The translations under genes and the position numbers were made by a program. DNA of 63,178 bases, counting the filler, from Octopus bimaculoides (taxonomy: Eukaryota): the NCBI RefSeq assembly GCF_001194135.2. It is 5 parts of 3 records of this genome, joined end to end, with 100 filler letters (N's around TTAATTAATTAA, not from the genome) between each part and the next. Parts side by side here need not be neighbours in the genome. Positions count along the whole stretch, not along the records: positions 46,512 to 59,608 come from NC_068985.1; positions 59,709 to 63,178 come from NC_068985.1; 3 more parts are not named here. One strand, written 5' to 3'. The number at the start of each line of letters is the position of its first letter. Position 1 is the stretch's first letter. The notes below the pieces were generated by a model, which worked only from the letters and a program-made list of their open reading frames with translations, was not told the DNA's origin and did no database searches. Of the stretch, positions 51,237 to 63,178 are shown in pieces.

Positions 51237-51740
51237 CATATATATATATATATACACACACGCACAAACATAGATACACACTAACATAGATTTAGACACA
51301 AACATAGATTTTTATTTGAGTGTATGTATATATATACATACATACATATACATATATAAATATACATATATGTATACATACATACAGACATACGTACATA
51401 TATGTACATGCATATATACATACACTAAAATAAAAATCTGTTCTTACATATTTAATTGTTGTAGAGTGTCCGTGTGTCTTGTGTCTGCTGTTCGGTATTC
51501 CTGTGTATGTATGTAGAGACGATAGTCTGAATGACTTCGGGTGTGTACGTTATAGGAATGTGTCTATATGTAGTGTCTTAGAGGTTTTCAAACTGGCTAT
51601 CACCATATCTTACTATTAGATATTTTGATAATAAAACGCGTTTCTAAAATAATATCTTCCATCATTCACATTATATTTCTCTAAATATATGAAGTTGGGC
51701 TTGTTGCATACATACTCTATGTTTGCCTCTGTGTGTGTGT

Positions 51741-51777
<37 letters not shown>

Positions 51778-52346
51778 TGTGTCTGTGTCTGTGTCTGTGT
51801 ATGTGTGTGTGTCTGTGTGTGTATGTGTTAGTTTTTGTAAAGTAGACAGATATAGGTATGCATTTATGTATAATACATATATGTATATATTTGTGTGTAT
51901 ATACATATGTATGTAGTATGTATGTATGTATGTATGTATATGTGTGTATGTGTGTGTGCGTGACTGTGAGTGTGTGTGCGTGAGTGTAAAATATAATAGA
52001 GACAGACAGACGGATGTATAGATAGATAGATAGATACAAATATATGTATATATATGTGTGTCTACGTATATATGTTTATCGAGAAAGAGGTGGGGAGCGA
52101 TATATGTTTATAGGAGGATGGGATGGGGATTGAACTATTCCATGCGACTAGTTTAAACTGGTTCAAACCCGATTTAAACAACAGAACCACAAAAAACGAG
52201 TTATGGTGCTAGAAATATCAATAAACTGAGGTAAACAGGCGAAGAGCAACGGAAAAAAGTGAATACCTACGGAAACAGGACCCAACTTGACTGAATCAGT
52301 TGAAAAATGTTTCTCAGCAGTTTGACTTAGTCGTAACGTCAACATA

Positions 52347-52729
52347 GGAGGCGCAATGGCCCAGTGGTTAGGGCAGCGGACTCGCCGTCACAGGATCGCG
52401 GTTTCGATTCCCAGACCGGGCGTTGTCAGTGTTTATTGAGCAAAAACACCTAAAGCTCCACGAGGCTCCGGCAGGGGATGGTGGCGAACCCTGCTGTACT
52501 CTTTCACCACAACTTTCTCTCACTCTTTCTTCCTGTTTCTGTTGTGCCTGTAATTCAAAGGGTCGGTGTTGTCACACTGTGTCACGCTGAATATCCCCGA
52601 GAACTACGTTAAGGGTACACGTGTCTGTGGAGTGCTCAGCCACTTGCATGTTAATTTCACGAGGAGACTGTTCTGTTGATTGGATCAACTGGAACCCTCG
52701 ACGTCGTAAGCGACAGAGTACCAACACAC
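52347..52729 (+). mobile_element. SINE family D, full-length, with 12-bp target site duplication
   Basis: tRNA-like head GGAGGCGCAATGGCCCAGTGGTTAGGGCAGCGGACTCG...GGTTTCGATTCCC. AACGTCAACATA at 52335-52346 and 52730-52741. Confidence 0.92.
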
Positions 52730-53019
52730 AACGTCAACATACCGATTCAGGATAAGCAAAGCGAAGCTCGAGCACATTATGAATAATCTTGCTTAATCCA
52801 GAGAAAACTTCACAAACAACTTCGGCTCAAACTGGGATCACATTAGATTTTAAACAGGTCGTAGCAAATTAAATATATTTGATATATATCGTACGAACTG
52901 AAACCTGTTGGAACTGATTGAAAGCATTTCTGATTATATCTGTGGTTTATTCCCTTGAAACCTGTAGAGATTGTCCGAAATAAGCAGTTCGTATAAGTGT
53001 GCTTCCGAATTGCAATTAA

Positions 53020-53617
53020 AAAGGCGGCGAGCTGGCAGAATCATTAGCTCGCTGAACGAAATGCTTAGTTGTGTTTCGCCTGTTGCTACGTTCTGAGTTC
53101 GAATTCCGCTGAGGTCGACTTTGCCTTTCATCCTTTCGTGGTCGATTAATTAAGCACCAGTGGCACACTAAGGTCGATGTAATCAATATAGTCCCCTCCC
53201 ACCAAATTTCAAGCCTTGTGCCTTTAATAGAAAAGATATTTATTGTTGCTATTAGGGAGGTGAGCTTGCAGAATCGTCTACGTGCCAAACAATATGTTTA
53301 GCGACATTTCCTCAGTTTTTACGTTCTGAGTTAACATTCCACCAAGTTTAACATTGTCTTTCATCCCTTCAGGGTTGATTAAATAAGTACCAGTTGAACA
53401 CTAAGATCGATCTAATCGACTTATGCTTTCCACCGAAATTGTTGTCGTTGTAATTATTGACGTCGAACAATATCCTTACCGACATTTCGTTTGCCATGGT
53501 CGACATTGTTGTCATCCTTTCGGGGTCGATTAAATAAATACCAGCCATGTACTGGGTCGATGTAATCGACTATCCCCCTCCCCACAAATTTCAGGTCTTG
53601 TGCCTGTAGTAGAAAGG

Positions 53618-53669
<52 letters not shown>

Positions 53670-53775
53670 GAAGCCGGTGAGCTGGCAGATGTGTTAGGAT
53701 GCTCAGCAAGATGGTAAACGATATTTCTTTATTCTTTACGTTCTGGGTTCAAATATCAATAAGATCGATAAAATG
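53020..53775 (+). mobile_element. Cluster of four co-oriented SINE family B copies
   Basis: Units start at about 53020, 53255, 53460 and 53670. The first three carry a TTTCATCCTTTCGGGGTCGAT..A..TAAGTACCAG-like core, the fourth is head only, and (TAT)n lies between copies 3 and 4. Confidence 0.8.
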
Positions 53776-55145
53776 TTTGGTTCGTATTTATACATTACAT
53801 ATATGAAAAAATATTACAAATATATNNNNNNNNNNNNNNNNNNNNNNNNNNNNNNNNNNNNNNNNNNNNNNNNNNNNNNNNNNNNNNNNNNNNNNNNNNN
53901 NNNNNNNNNNNNNNNNNNNNNNNNNNNNNNNNNNNNNNNNNNNNNNNNNNNNNNNNNNNNNNNNNNNNNNNNNNNNNNNNNNNNNNNNNNNNNNNNNNNN
54001 NNNNNNNNNNNNNNNNNNNNNNNNNNNNNNNNNNNNNNNNNNNNNNNNNNNNNNNNNNNNNNNNNNNNNNNNNNNNNNNNNNNNNNNNNNNNNNNNNNNN
54101 NNNNNNNNNNNNNNNNNNNNNNNNNNNNNNNNNNNNNNNNNNNNNNNNNNNNNNNNNNNNNNNNNNNNNNNNNNNATATATATATATATATATACGCACT
54201 CACACACAAACAAATACACAAGGCAAACATGCAAACAAACACACATTCATTTAACATTATGTACATATATCTAAATAAATGAATACATATATGCTTGTGT
54301 TTGTTCAAGTGCGTTTGTGTGTATCTAGGTGCGCATTCGCGTGTAGGTGTTTCTGCGAATGTTTATTCATTTATTTACAAACATGCATACGTGCATATAT
54401 GCATGGAAACTAAACATGTACAAGAGCAGCAGCATCAACAGCAAGAACAACAGCGTTAGTTCAATATCCCAACAATATTATCTCTCGATTGCAGTAAGAT
54501 TGCAGAAATGCACAAATGCAGAAAATGATAGTACGTTGAAATGCAGGGATGCACATAGCGCACAAAATAAGCACAACATAAAAGGCAGCAAAGCAACAGA
54601 CATAAAAGTGCATAAATGCATGTCATGTGCACATTTGCACACAACTACTACAGTATTTTCAAGTGGGTCTTTTAACGTTAAAATGCAGAATGTGTAATGA
54701 CGGGAAAAACACGGCCTGTAACATATGGGAAAAACTGAAGTATGTTTGGAACGGAAAGCAACGAGTGGTTTGAAGTAGCGGTTCACTATATATTAATGGG
54801 GGTGATAGTGGTTGGGGTGGTGATGGTGCGGNNNNNNNNNNNNNNNNNNNNNNNNNNNNNNNNNNNNNNNNNNNNNNNNNNNNNNNNNNNNNNNNNNNNN
54901 NNNNNNNNNNNNNNNNNNNNNNNNNNNNNNNNNNNNNNNNNNNNNNNNNNNNNNNNNNNNNNNNNNNNNNNNNNNNNNNNNNNNNNNNNNNNNNNNNNNN
55001 NNNNNNNNNNNNNNNNNNNNNNNNNNNNNNNNNNNNNNNNNNNNNNNNNNNNNNNNNNNNNNNNNNNNNNNNNNNNNNNNNNNNNNNNNNNNNNNNNNNN
55101 NNNNNNNGGGAGGGTTGATAGTTGGGGGGATGATATTTTTGGTAA

Positions 55146-55218
<73 letters not shown>

Positions 55219-55959
55219 TGTTGTTGTTGTTGTTGTTGTTGTTTGTGGCGGTGGTGAGCAGGGACTATTCTGGTTGTGGTCGAGGTGGGATGTGGTTGTG
55301 GTGCTAGTGGTAATAGCGTTACTGTTATTGTCATTTTTTATGGTGATGGTGGTGGGACGATAGCTGCGGTGGGCGTGTTTGGAGAGGGGAATAATTGTGG
55401 CGGTTGTAGTAGTGTGTGTTGTTGTTGATATCGTTGATGGCGATAGTTACGTGATGCTCGGGTTTAGAATAGTGTTGGGAGCGAATGTATCGGTTGATTA
55501 TTCTTCATCTTGCGTCCAAGAGTGTAAAGGTCTTTTTCGCTGCGGCAATATATTACATAATTCAATATTTTGGCTCCTTTTCAGTTTTAATCTAGTTGTT
55601 TTGTTGTGTAGGACGTCTTCCACACAGAGCTTGTTGTGATATGTAGTGGTGCACATTATATGTAGTGGTACATCACTCGGTTTAACACTATCACCGGGTA
55701 TTTATATGCCTTACACGGAGTGCGCTCTTGCAAGCATTCGAACAAAGTTTCTAGTTTAAGGATAACTTGGTTTCACCAGTCTCGGAAGTCCAGAAAAGTC
55801 CACGTCGTGGACTCAGCGCCCCCTTCTCTGACAAAATGGTGAAAAAAATAGAGTTTATTCTCGAGGGATTGTCTCAGACAAAAAGTATTTAGTATATGAC
55901 GGATCGAAAGCATGGTTTGTACTTCATTTTGGTTAATTTCCGTTTATTTTATTTTTTAT

Positions 55960-56162
55960 CTTTTATTTTTTACTTGTTTCAGCCATTAAACAGAATCCAT
56001 GATAGACTAACACCTTGAGGAATTTTTGTTGAAGAAATCGAACCAATCATTTATAGTTTTATGGTTGGTACTAAGTCTATCGGTGTCTTTCACTGAACCG
56101 TTAGATTATGGGAACGTAAACACACCAACATCGATTGACAAGCAATGGTGGACAACAAACAC

Positions 56163-56199
<37 letters not shown>

Positions 56200-56442
56200 N
56201 NNNNNNNNNNNNNNNNNNNNNNNNNNNNNNNNNNNNNNNNNNNNNNNNNNNNNNNNNNNNNNNNNNNNNNNNNNNNNNNNNNNNNNNNNNNNNNNNNNNN
56301 NNNNNNNNNNNNNNNNNNNNNNNNNNNNNNNNNNNNNNNNNNNNNNNNNNNNNNNNNNNNNNNNNNNNNNNNNNNNNNNNNNNNNNNNNNNNNNNNNNNN
56401 NNNNNNNNNNNNNNNNNNNNNNNNNNNNNNNNNNNNNNNNNN

Positions 56443-56505
<63 letters not shown>

Positions 56506-56658
56506 CGTATATACGACGGGTTTCTCTCAGTTTCCGTTTCCCAAATCCACTCACAAGGTTTTGGTCGGCCTGACGCTATAGTAGAAGACACTTGTGCAGT
56601 GGGATTGACCCCGGAACCATGTGATTGAAAGCAAGTTTTTTTTTTCCACACAGCCACG
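55960..56658 (-). mobile_element. SINE family A copy with a gap in its internal microsatellite
   Basis: Tail TTTTTACTTGTTTCAGCCATT, body CCAAATCCACTCACAAGG, head CCACACAGCCAC. Confidence 0.8.
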
Positions 56659-56825
56659 TATGTGTGTGAGTACATGCAAATACACAAAGAGTATGAATAC
56701 ATGAGTACATGAAAACACATGTGAATAATCTTGTTTAGTGCAAGGATTTGTTGCAGTAACCAATAGTGTTCCTCAAATATCTAATTGGCCTTTCATTTAA
56801 AGTACATTAGCTTAGCTATCTTAGT

Positions 56826-57169
56826 TGGATGTGTGGTAAGAAGTTTGCTTCCAGAAAATTTGACTCCGGGTTCAGTCCCACTGCGAGTCACCTTGGCGGT
56901 GTGTCTTCTATTATAGCTACCGTCCGACCAAAGACTTTTAAGTAGATTTGATAGATGGTAACTGAAAGAAGCCCTTTTATACATTTGTGCGTGCGTGTGT
57001 GAGCATGTGCACGCACACACGCATGTGTGTATGCATGTGTATATCTGTGCGTGTCTTTTTGGTTGTCGTATTTTCCCCCTCACCACCATCCGGCAACCTG
57101 TGCAGGTATGTTTACGTCCCCTTAACTTAGAGGTTCAGTTTAAGTCACCGATAAAATGAGTACCAGGCT

Positions 57170-57211
<42 letters not shown>

Positions 57212-57300
57212 GGTTTATTCGTTCAACGAAACCCATTGAAAGTGGTGGCTCAACATGGCTGCAGTCTAATGATTGAAACATGTAAAAGGTTAAAAGATAA
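56826..57300 (+). mobile_element. SINE family A copy, head-to-head with 55960-56658
   Basis: GGATGTGTGGTAAGAAGTTTGCTTCC...GGGTTCAGTCCCACTGCG...ATGGCTGCAGTCTAATGATTGAAAC. Confidence 0.8.
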
Positions 57301-58289
57301 GCTATACAGTTGGCCAGTGTCTATGGTGGATTTGTTCCTCCTGGAGGGATACGAAGTGCTTTGTTTTTGTGTTCTTTGAAGTTTATTGAAATTTATATTG
57401 GAGAGTTTGTGATCCTAGACAAAGATTATTGCTACGATTGTTGTTTAGTAGAGTTATTTCATATTGATGAGCTAGACAATGTTTATGGATGTTGTTTGAA
57501 CAAGCAAATATTATTATTTGTTTTTTACGTTAATTTAATAAATAAAATTAGATGGGTAGACATACTCAAACAATATTAACTGTATAGATAGATACATGCT
57601 ATTGATGTAGAGAGAATCGGCAAAGTCTAAAAGATATCGACTAGACACACAGACAGACGAGAGAAGACAAGACAAGACATAGTCAGTAGTTTGTAACTGC
57701 ATAATTAGGCGCAGTCTGTAGATGTTGATTAAACAGACACAGTTTATAGAATTTGATTTGTTAAAGTTGAGCCTAAATATCCATCAAAACAACAAATTAA
57801 CCAGGAATGAAAACAGAAAGCCAAAATGGCTGAGTAGGCAGATGTTTGTTTAACCGTTAAGACCGAACAGAAGCAAATGACGCTTCAGTAAAATGGCTAC
57901 CAGTCAAATGAATAGAAAACAGGTATAATTTAGCACACATCGTTTTGTACTTTTTATGTATGTAGTTGTAATTCATCATCAGCATTCTTATCAACATCAT
58001 TATCATCATCAGCAGAAGCAGAAGCAATAACACTATTTTTCTTCGTGTTTCTCTCTTCTTTTTTTTATATTTCTTTCTTCCTTTAAGAGTGAATTCATTC
58101 AAGACAGGATTCCATAGTTTGGCTGCCATTTTTAATAAGAGGAAACACTACTAGCGACTCAACTGAAATAAATTAACTGCTTTCTGAATTCAAAGCATAG
58201 CGTTGTCTGTTACATTAGCATCGATCATGAGAAATACAAATATATTCTACAAGAAATAAGTGTCGAAAAAAAGGGGTGAAAATAAAAAA

Positions 58290-58359
<70 letters not shown>

Positions 58360-59560
58360 ATACACTCGTAAAGAAACGCCTAANNNNNNNNNNNNNNNNN
58401 NNNNNNNNNNNNNNNNNNNNNNNNNNNNNNNNNNNNNNNNNNNNNNNNNNNNNNNNNNNNNNNNNNNNNNNNNNNNNNNNNNNNNNNNNNNNNNNNNNNN
58501 NNNNNNNNNNNNNNNNNNNNNNNNNNNNNNNNNNNNNNNNNNNNNNNNNNNNNNNNNNNNNNNNNNNNNNNNNNNNNNNNNNNNNNNNNNNNNNNNNNNN
58601 NNNNNNNNNNNNNNNNNNNNNNNNNNNNNNNNNNNNNNNNNNNNNNNNNNNNNNNNNNNNNNNNNNNNNNNNNNNNNNNNNNNNNNNNNNNNNNNNNNNN
58701 NNNNNNNNNNNNNNNNNNNNNNNNNNNNNNNNNNNNNNNNNNNNNNNNNNNNNNNNNNNNNNNNNNNNNNNNNNNNNNNNNNNNNNNNNNNNNNNNNNNN
58801 NNNNNNNNNNNNNNNNGGAGGAGGAGGAGGAAGAAGAGTAGGAGCAGGGAGAGGAAGAGGGAGAGGAAGAGGGAAGGAAGAGGGAGAGGAAGAGGGAAGG
58901 AAGAGGGAGAGGAAGAGGGAAGGAAGAGGGAGAGGAGGAAGAGGAGCGGCAGGGAGAGGAAGAGGTGGAGGAGGAGGTAGAAGAAAGGATGTGACTTCTG
59001 ATGGCGGCGATGATGACGTCGTCGTCAACTTCGTCGTTATCCTCCATCACCTCCGCCCCTCCTCATCTTCTTCTTCACCCTCCTTCCAATTCATCACCAA
59101 CAACATCATCATCATCATCATCATTTTCATTATCACTATCAATCAGCCTCATCATCGTCGTGAGATCGGTGACAATAAGAACTAGATTGAGTAGGAGGAG
59201 GTGCAAGAGGAACAGGAGGAGTATAGACACCAATACCACTGTAGTGGGTATGATAGATGTGTTGATGGTCAGATTGGTGAAGTTTATGATATTAGTGCAA
59301 TTGAAGGCAGGATCGTTAGCACGCCGAGCAGAATGCTCAGCGGCACTTAGTCTGTGTTTATGTTCTGAGTTCAAATTCCGCTGAGGTCTACTTTTCCTTC
59401 TGTATTTTCAGGGTCAGTAAAATAGTGCAAATTTAACATTGTCTGTGTGTCAATAGCCAGCTGGAGGAGACGTCTTCCTGGGGCTACAAGCTACAGTTGC
59501 AACAACCCTTAAGAGTTAGACATATTTAGGTGGCAAATATACTTCACGATGTCGTGCAGC

Positions 59561-59608
<48 letters not shown>

Positions 59609-60147
59609 NNNNNNNNNNNNNNNNNNNNNNNNNNNNNNNNNNNNNNNNNNNNTTAATTAATTAANNNNNNNNNNNNNNNNNNNNNNNNNNNNNNNNNNNN
59701 NNNNNNNNTATGCATACCTATATGCGTCTGTTTCTGAGTTTGCAAATATATGTCTTTGTGTGGATATATATATGTGTATACATATATATGTGTGTGTTTC
59801 AATCTCTGTGCGGATGTGTATTTGCCTGAATTTGTGTGTTTGTTTGATTACGTATGTGTGTTTTTGTCTGTGCGTACGTGCGTTCGCGACGTGTTTCTTT
59901 GGGATCTTAAGTTTTTTGTATTTCCCCTCTACAGAATTGAAGCCGATTTCCCACAAAATGAGAATGTTTTTTGTTTAGTTGAAGACAGGCTCTTGGGATT
60001 TGTGGTTGCCTGAATTGGCTTATATGAACCTTTATATATGTGTTCGTGTTGTGTGCATGCGTGGGCGAGTGGATTAACTGAAAGATGTGGGTGTATGTAG
60101 TACAATAGAACACAAGTGCATGTGTTTCATTATTGTATATAAGAGTA

Positions 60148-60360
60148 AGGCGGTGAACTGGCAGAATCTTTAGCATGCTGGGCGAAATGCATAGCGGTAT
60201 TTCGTCTGCCGCTACGTTCTGAATTCAGATTTCACCGAAGTCGACTTTGCCTTTCATCCTTTCGGGGTCGATTAAATAAGTACCAGTTACGCACTGGGGT
60301 CGATATAATCGACTTAATTCCCTCCCCCAATCTGCCCTTGTGGCAAACATTTGAAATCAA
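60148..60360 (+). mobile_element. SINE family B, well-preserved copy
   Basis: AAGGCGGTGAACTGGCAGAATC...GACTTTGCCTTTCATCCTTTCGGGGTCGATTAAATAAGTACCAG...GGTCGATATAATCGAC. The central block resembles the CORE domain (inference). Confidence 0.85.
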
Positions 60361-61307
60361 TATTGTGTGTAAGTGTGCGTGCCTATGTAAAAAGAGCAAA
60401 AAGGGGGTAAATACCTCCTCCTGTCATGAATGGCCATGGGGTTGCACCTAGAAAGTTCCTCTCCGGAGCAGAAGTCCGGNNNNNNNNNNNNNNNNNNNNN
60501 NNNNNNNNNNNNNNNNNNNNNNNNNNNNNNNNNNNNNNNNNNNNNNNNNNNNNNNNNNNNNNNNNNNNNNNNNNNNNNNNNNNNNNNNNNNNNNNNNNNN
60601 NNNNNNNNNNNNNNNNNNNNNNNNNNNNNNNNNNNNNNNNNNNNNNNNNNNNNNNNNNNNNNNNNNNNNNNNNNNNNNNNNNNNNNNNNNNNNNNNNNNN
60701 NNNNNNNNNNNNNNNNNNNNNNNNNNNNNNNNNNNNNNNNNNNNNNNNNNNNNNNNNNNNNNNNNNNNNNNNNNNNNNNNNNNNNNNNNNNNNNNNNNNN
60801 NNNNNNNNNNNNNNNNNNNNNNNNNNNNNNNNNNNNNNNNNNNNNNNNNNNNNNNNNNNNNNNNNNNNNNNNNNNNNNNNNNNNNNNNNNNNNNNNNNNN
60901 NNNNNNNNNNNNNNNNNNNNNNNNNNNNNNNNNNNNNNNNNNNNNNNNNNNNNNNNNNNNNNNNNNNNNNNNNNNNNNNNNNNNNNNNNNNNNNNNNNNN
61001 NNNNNNNNNNNNNNNNNNNNNNNNNNNNNNNNNNNNNNNNNNNNNNNNNNNNNNNNNNNNNNNNNNNNNNNNNNNNNNNNNNNNNNNNNNNNNNNNNNNN
61101 NNNNNNNNNNNNNNNNNNNNNNNNNNNNNNNNNNNNNNNNNNNNNNNNNNNNNNNNNNNNNNNNNNNNNNNNNNNNNNNNNNNNNNNNNNNNNNNNNNNT
61201 TTTCTTTTACATTTTATATGCGCACGTTTGTGTCTTTTTTAAACTTTAAGTCATGAATAGAATGTTTAAGAGATCATATCTTTCATAAGTCTAAGTGCTC
61301 AAATTCT

Positions 61308-61339
<32 letters not shown>

Positions 61340-61693
61340 CATACATACATACATACATACATACATACATACATACATACATACATGCATACACGTACAA
61401 ATGATTACAGGTGTATTTTGCTTCAGTGGGTTTATTTAATATCTGTATATCTCTCACTATCTGTTCATCTGCCTATCTATTTCTTCAAATGAAGGAAAAT
61501 GTAACCCGAAGTAACGTTTATTATTTGCACACTTTTAACAAGGCAAGACAGGCGGTCATCGTCTCTCAAGTGGCGATGGTGAAAAAGGTTGTGTGGCGGA
61601 CGAAACTGAAAGGATTTTGGGGGGGAAAAAAAAGAAAAAACATTTTATTTTTCTGTCAAGCTCTCATTGATTTTTTCAAATCCTATTTGGAAA

Positions 61694-61785
<92 letters not shown>

Positions 61786-61829
61786 TTTCTCTCTCCCGCT
61801 CCACCACTGAAGTTGTCAAAGGCTGAGTG

Positions 61830-62024
61830 ACTATGTCAAGAATGATTAGAGTGAACGGACCTAAATCCGGCATGCAACTCTGGATTGGAGAACAACTGTC
61901 GGGTAAGGTTTATGCCCTTGGAAGTCAAAGTGAACTTGACTCTGTGGAGTTCCTTGATCGGGTCTTTGATTGGGTTCTGCATCAGGAGGACTCCATCTTT
62001 GACGTATTCGTTTATACGATCTAA
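61830..62024 (+). mobile_element. Decayed LINE reverse transcriptase fragment (tentative)
   Basis: SVEFLDRVFDWVLHQ aligns loosely with the ALDISKAFDRVWH motif of CR1/Jockey-type RTs. Confidence 0.35.
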
Positions 62025-62042
62025 TCTCTTTTATCTCTTATA

Positions 62043-63160
62043 TTTTACCTGTTTCAGTCGTTTGACTACGGCCGTGCTGGGGCACCGTCTTCAAGAATTT
62101 TAGTCAAACAAACCGACTCTAGGACTTATTTTTTTTAAAGCCTAGTACTTATTCTATCGGTCACTCTGGTCGAACAGCTAAGTTACAGGGACGTAAACAC
62201 ACCACCACCGGTTGTGAAGCGGTGACGGGGGAGGCAAATACAGACGTATAGATACACGCACATAGATATACATGTGTACTTATATATATACAATGGGCTT
62301 CTTTCAGTTTCCGTCTACTAAATCATGTTGGGCCTGAGGCTGTACTAGAAGACACCTTGCCCAAGGTGCCACGCAGTGGGACTCAACCTGAAACCATATG
62401 GTTGGGAAGCAAGCTACTTACCACACACGCACGCTTGGGCTTGTGTATACTATTATCTCATTTCACCGTCTTCAGAATGTAAACCCTTTCTCAATTTTTA
62501 AATGGTTCTTGTGATGATTCCTTCATCTGCTGACCCTGTGACAGATAAAAGAAACTACGACGGGCTTTTAGTTTACGTATACCAAATCCACTCGCAAGGC
62601 ATTTGTTGGCCTGGGGATTATAGTAGAAGACCCTTGCCCAAAGTGCAGCGAAATGAGATTGAACCTAACAGTAAATGCCTGAGAAGCAAGCTTCTTAACC
62701 ACACAGTCACACCGGACTCAAACACACCCTTGGACTCAAACACACCCTTGGACTCAAACACACCCTTGGACTCAAACACACCCTTGGACTCAAACACACC
62801 CTTGGACTCAAACACACCCTTGGACTCAAACACACCCTTGGACTCAAACACACCCTTGGACTCAAATACACCCTCACGCGCGCGCATATGGTCATATGCG
62901 CGCGCAAGGATGCGTTTGAGTCAAAGTGTATGTATGCATGTATGTGTTAATGTATATTTTATTATTCTTCTTTTACTTGTTTCAGTCATTTGACTGTGGC
63001 CATGCTGGGGCATCGCCTTTAGTCGAACAAATCGACCCCAGAACTTATTATTTGTAAGCTTAGTTATTATCCTGTCGGTCTCTTAGGCCAAACCGCTAAG
63101 TTACGGAGACGTAAACACACCAACATCGGTTGTCAAGCGATAGTGGGGTACAAATACACA
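62043..63160 (-). mobile_element. Three co-oriented SINE family A pieces (62043-62434 full, 62555-62712 5' half, 62968-63160 3' half)
   Basis: Each matches the reverse complement of 26541-26975. Confidence 0.85.
62714..62875. repeat. 18-bp minisatellite, 9 units (GGACTCAAACACACCCTT)
   Basis: Eight identical units plus a ninth variant, GGACTCAAATACACCCTC. Confidence 0.97.
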
Positions 63161-63178
63161 CACACGAATATATATATA

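Noticed and set aside
52347-52420. Apparent tRNA gene (also at 40477)
   Set aside because: It continues into a SINE body with a target duplication and lacks a proper acceptor stem. It is a tRNA-derived SINE head.
59923-60013. Strong splice acceptor TTTCCCCTCTACAG followed by a short open frame
   Set aside because: No recognisable peptide or clear donor, and such acceptors arise often in pyrimidine-rich DNA.
7495-61256. Long ORFs of 130-335 aa containing runs of X
   Set aside because: They read through N gaps, and the flanks are microsatellite translations.
62502-62993. 163-aa ORF with LDSNTP repeats, suggestive of a repeat protein or CRISPR array
   Set aside because: The ORF is made of SINE sequence plus a spacerless minisatellite.
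1-63178. Prokaryotic-type systems (CRISPR, operons, defence islands)
   Set aside because: No repeat-spacer array and no gene-dense region. The sequence is eukaryotic repetitive DNA throughout.

Overview
63 kb of AT-rich, microsatellite-saturated eukaryotic DNA from a gapped draft assembly. The repeat families look like those of octopus genomes; this is my recognition, not a database result. I could not support any host protein-coding gene, rRNA, true tRNA or CRISPR array, and almost all listed ORFs are translations of microsatellites, N-gaps or dead transposons. The window holds decayed mobile DNA: at least four tRNA-derived SINE families (about 30 copies), an RTE-clade LINE, R4/Dong RLE retrotransposon 3' ends with (TAA)n tails, CR1/L2-like LINE fragments, several Tc1/mariner elements (mariner, an IR/DR Tc1, a rosa-like element) and a Chapaev3-like transposase pseudogene. 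It also contains a short (TAACCC)7 tract and four artificial 100-bp linkers (44N-TTAATTAATTAA-44N). The best leads are a minimal type I hammerhead-ribozyme core at 28308-28343, a TA-flanked mariner derivative built from two inward-facing 5' ends (18388-19249), a perfect 30-bp palindrome between two diverged direct repeats (47.7-48.9 kb), a perfect 25-bp hairpin in a TA tract, and closely spaced inverted SINE pairs that could form dsRNA. None of these is established as a new biological system. All are hypotheses to test, and most repeat boundaries are approximate.
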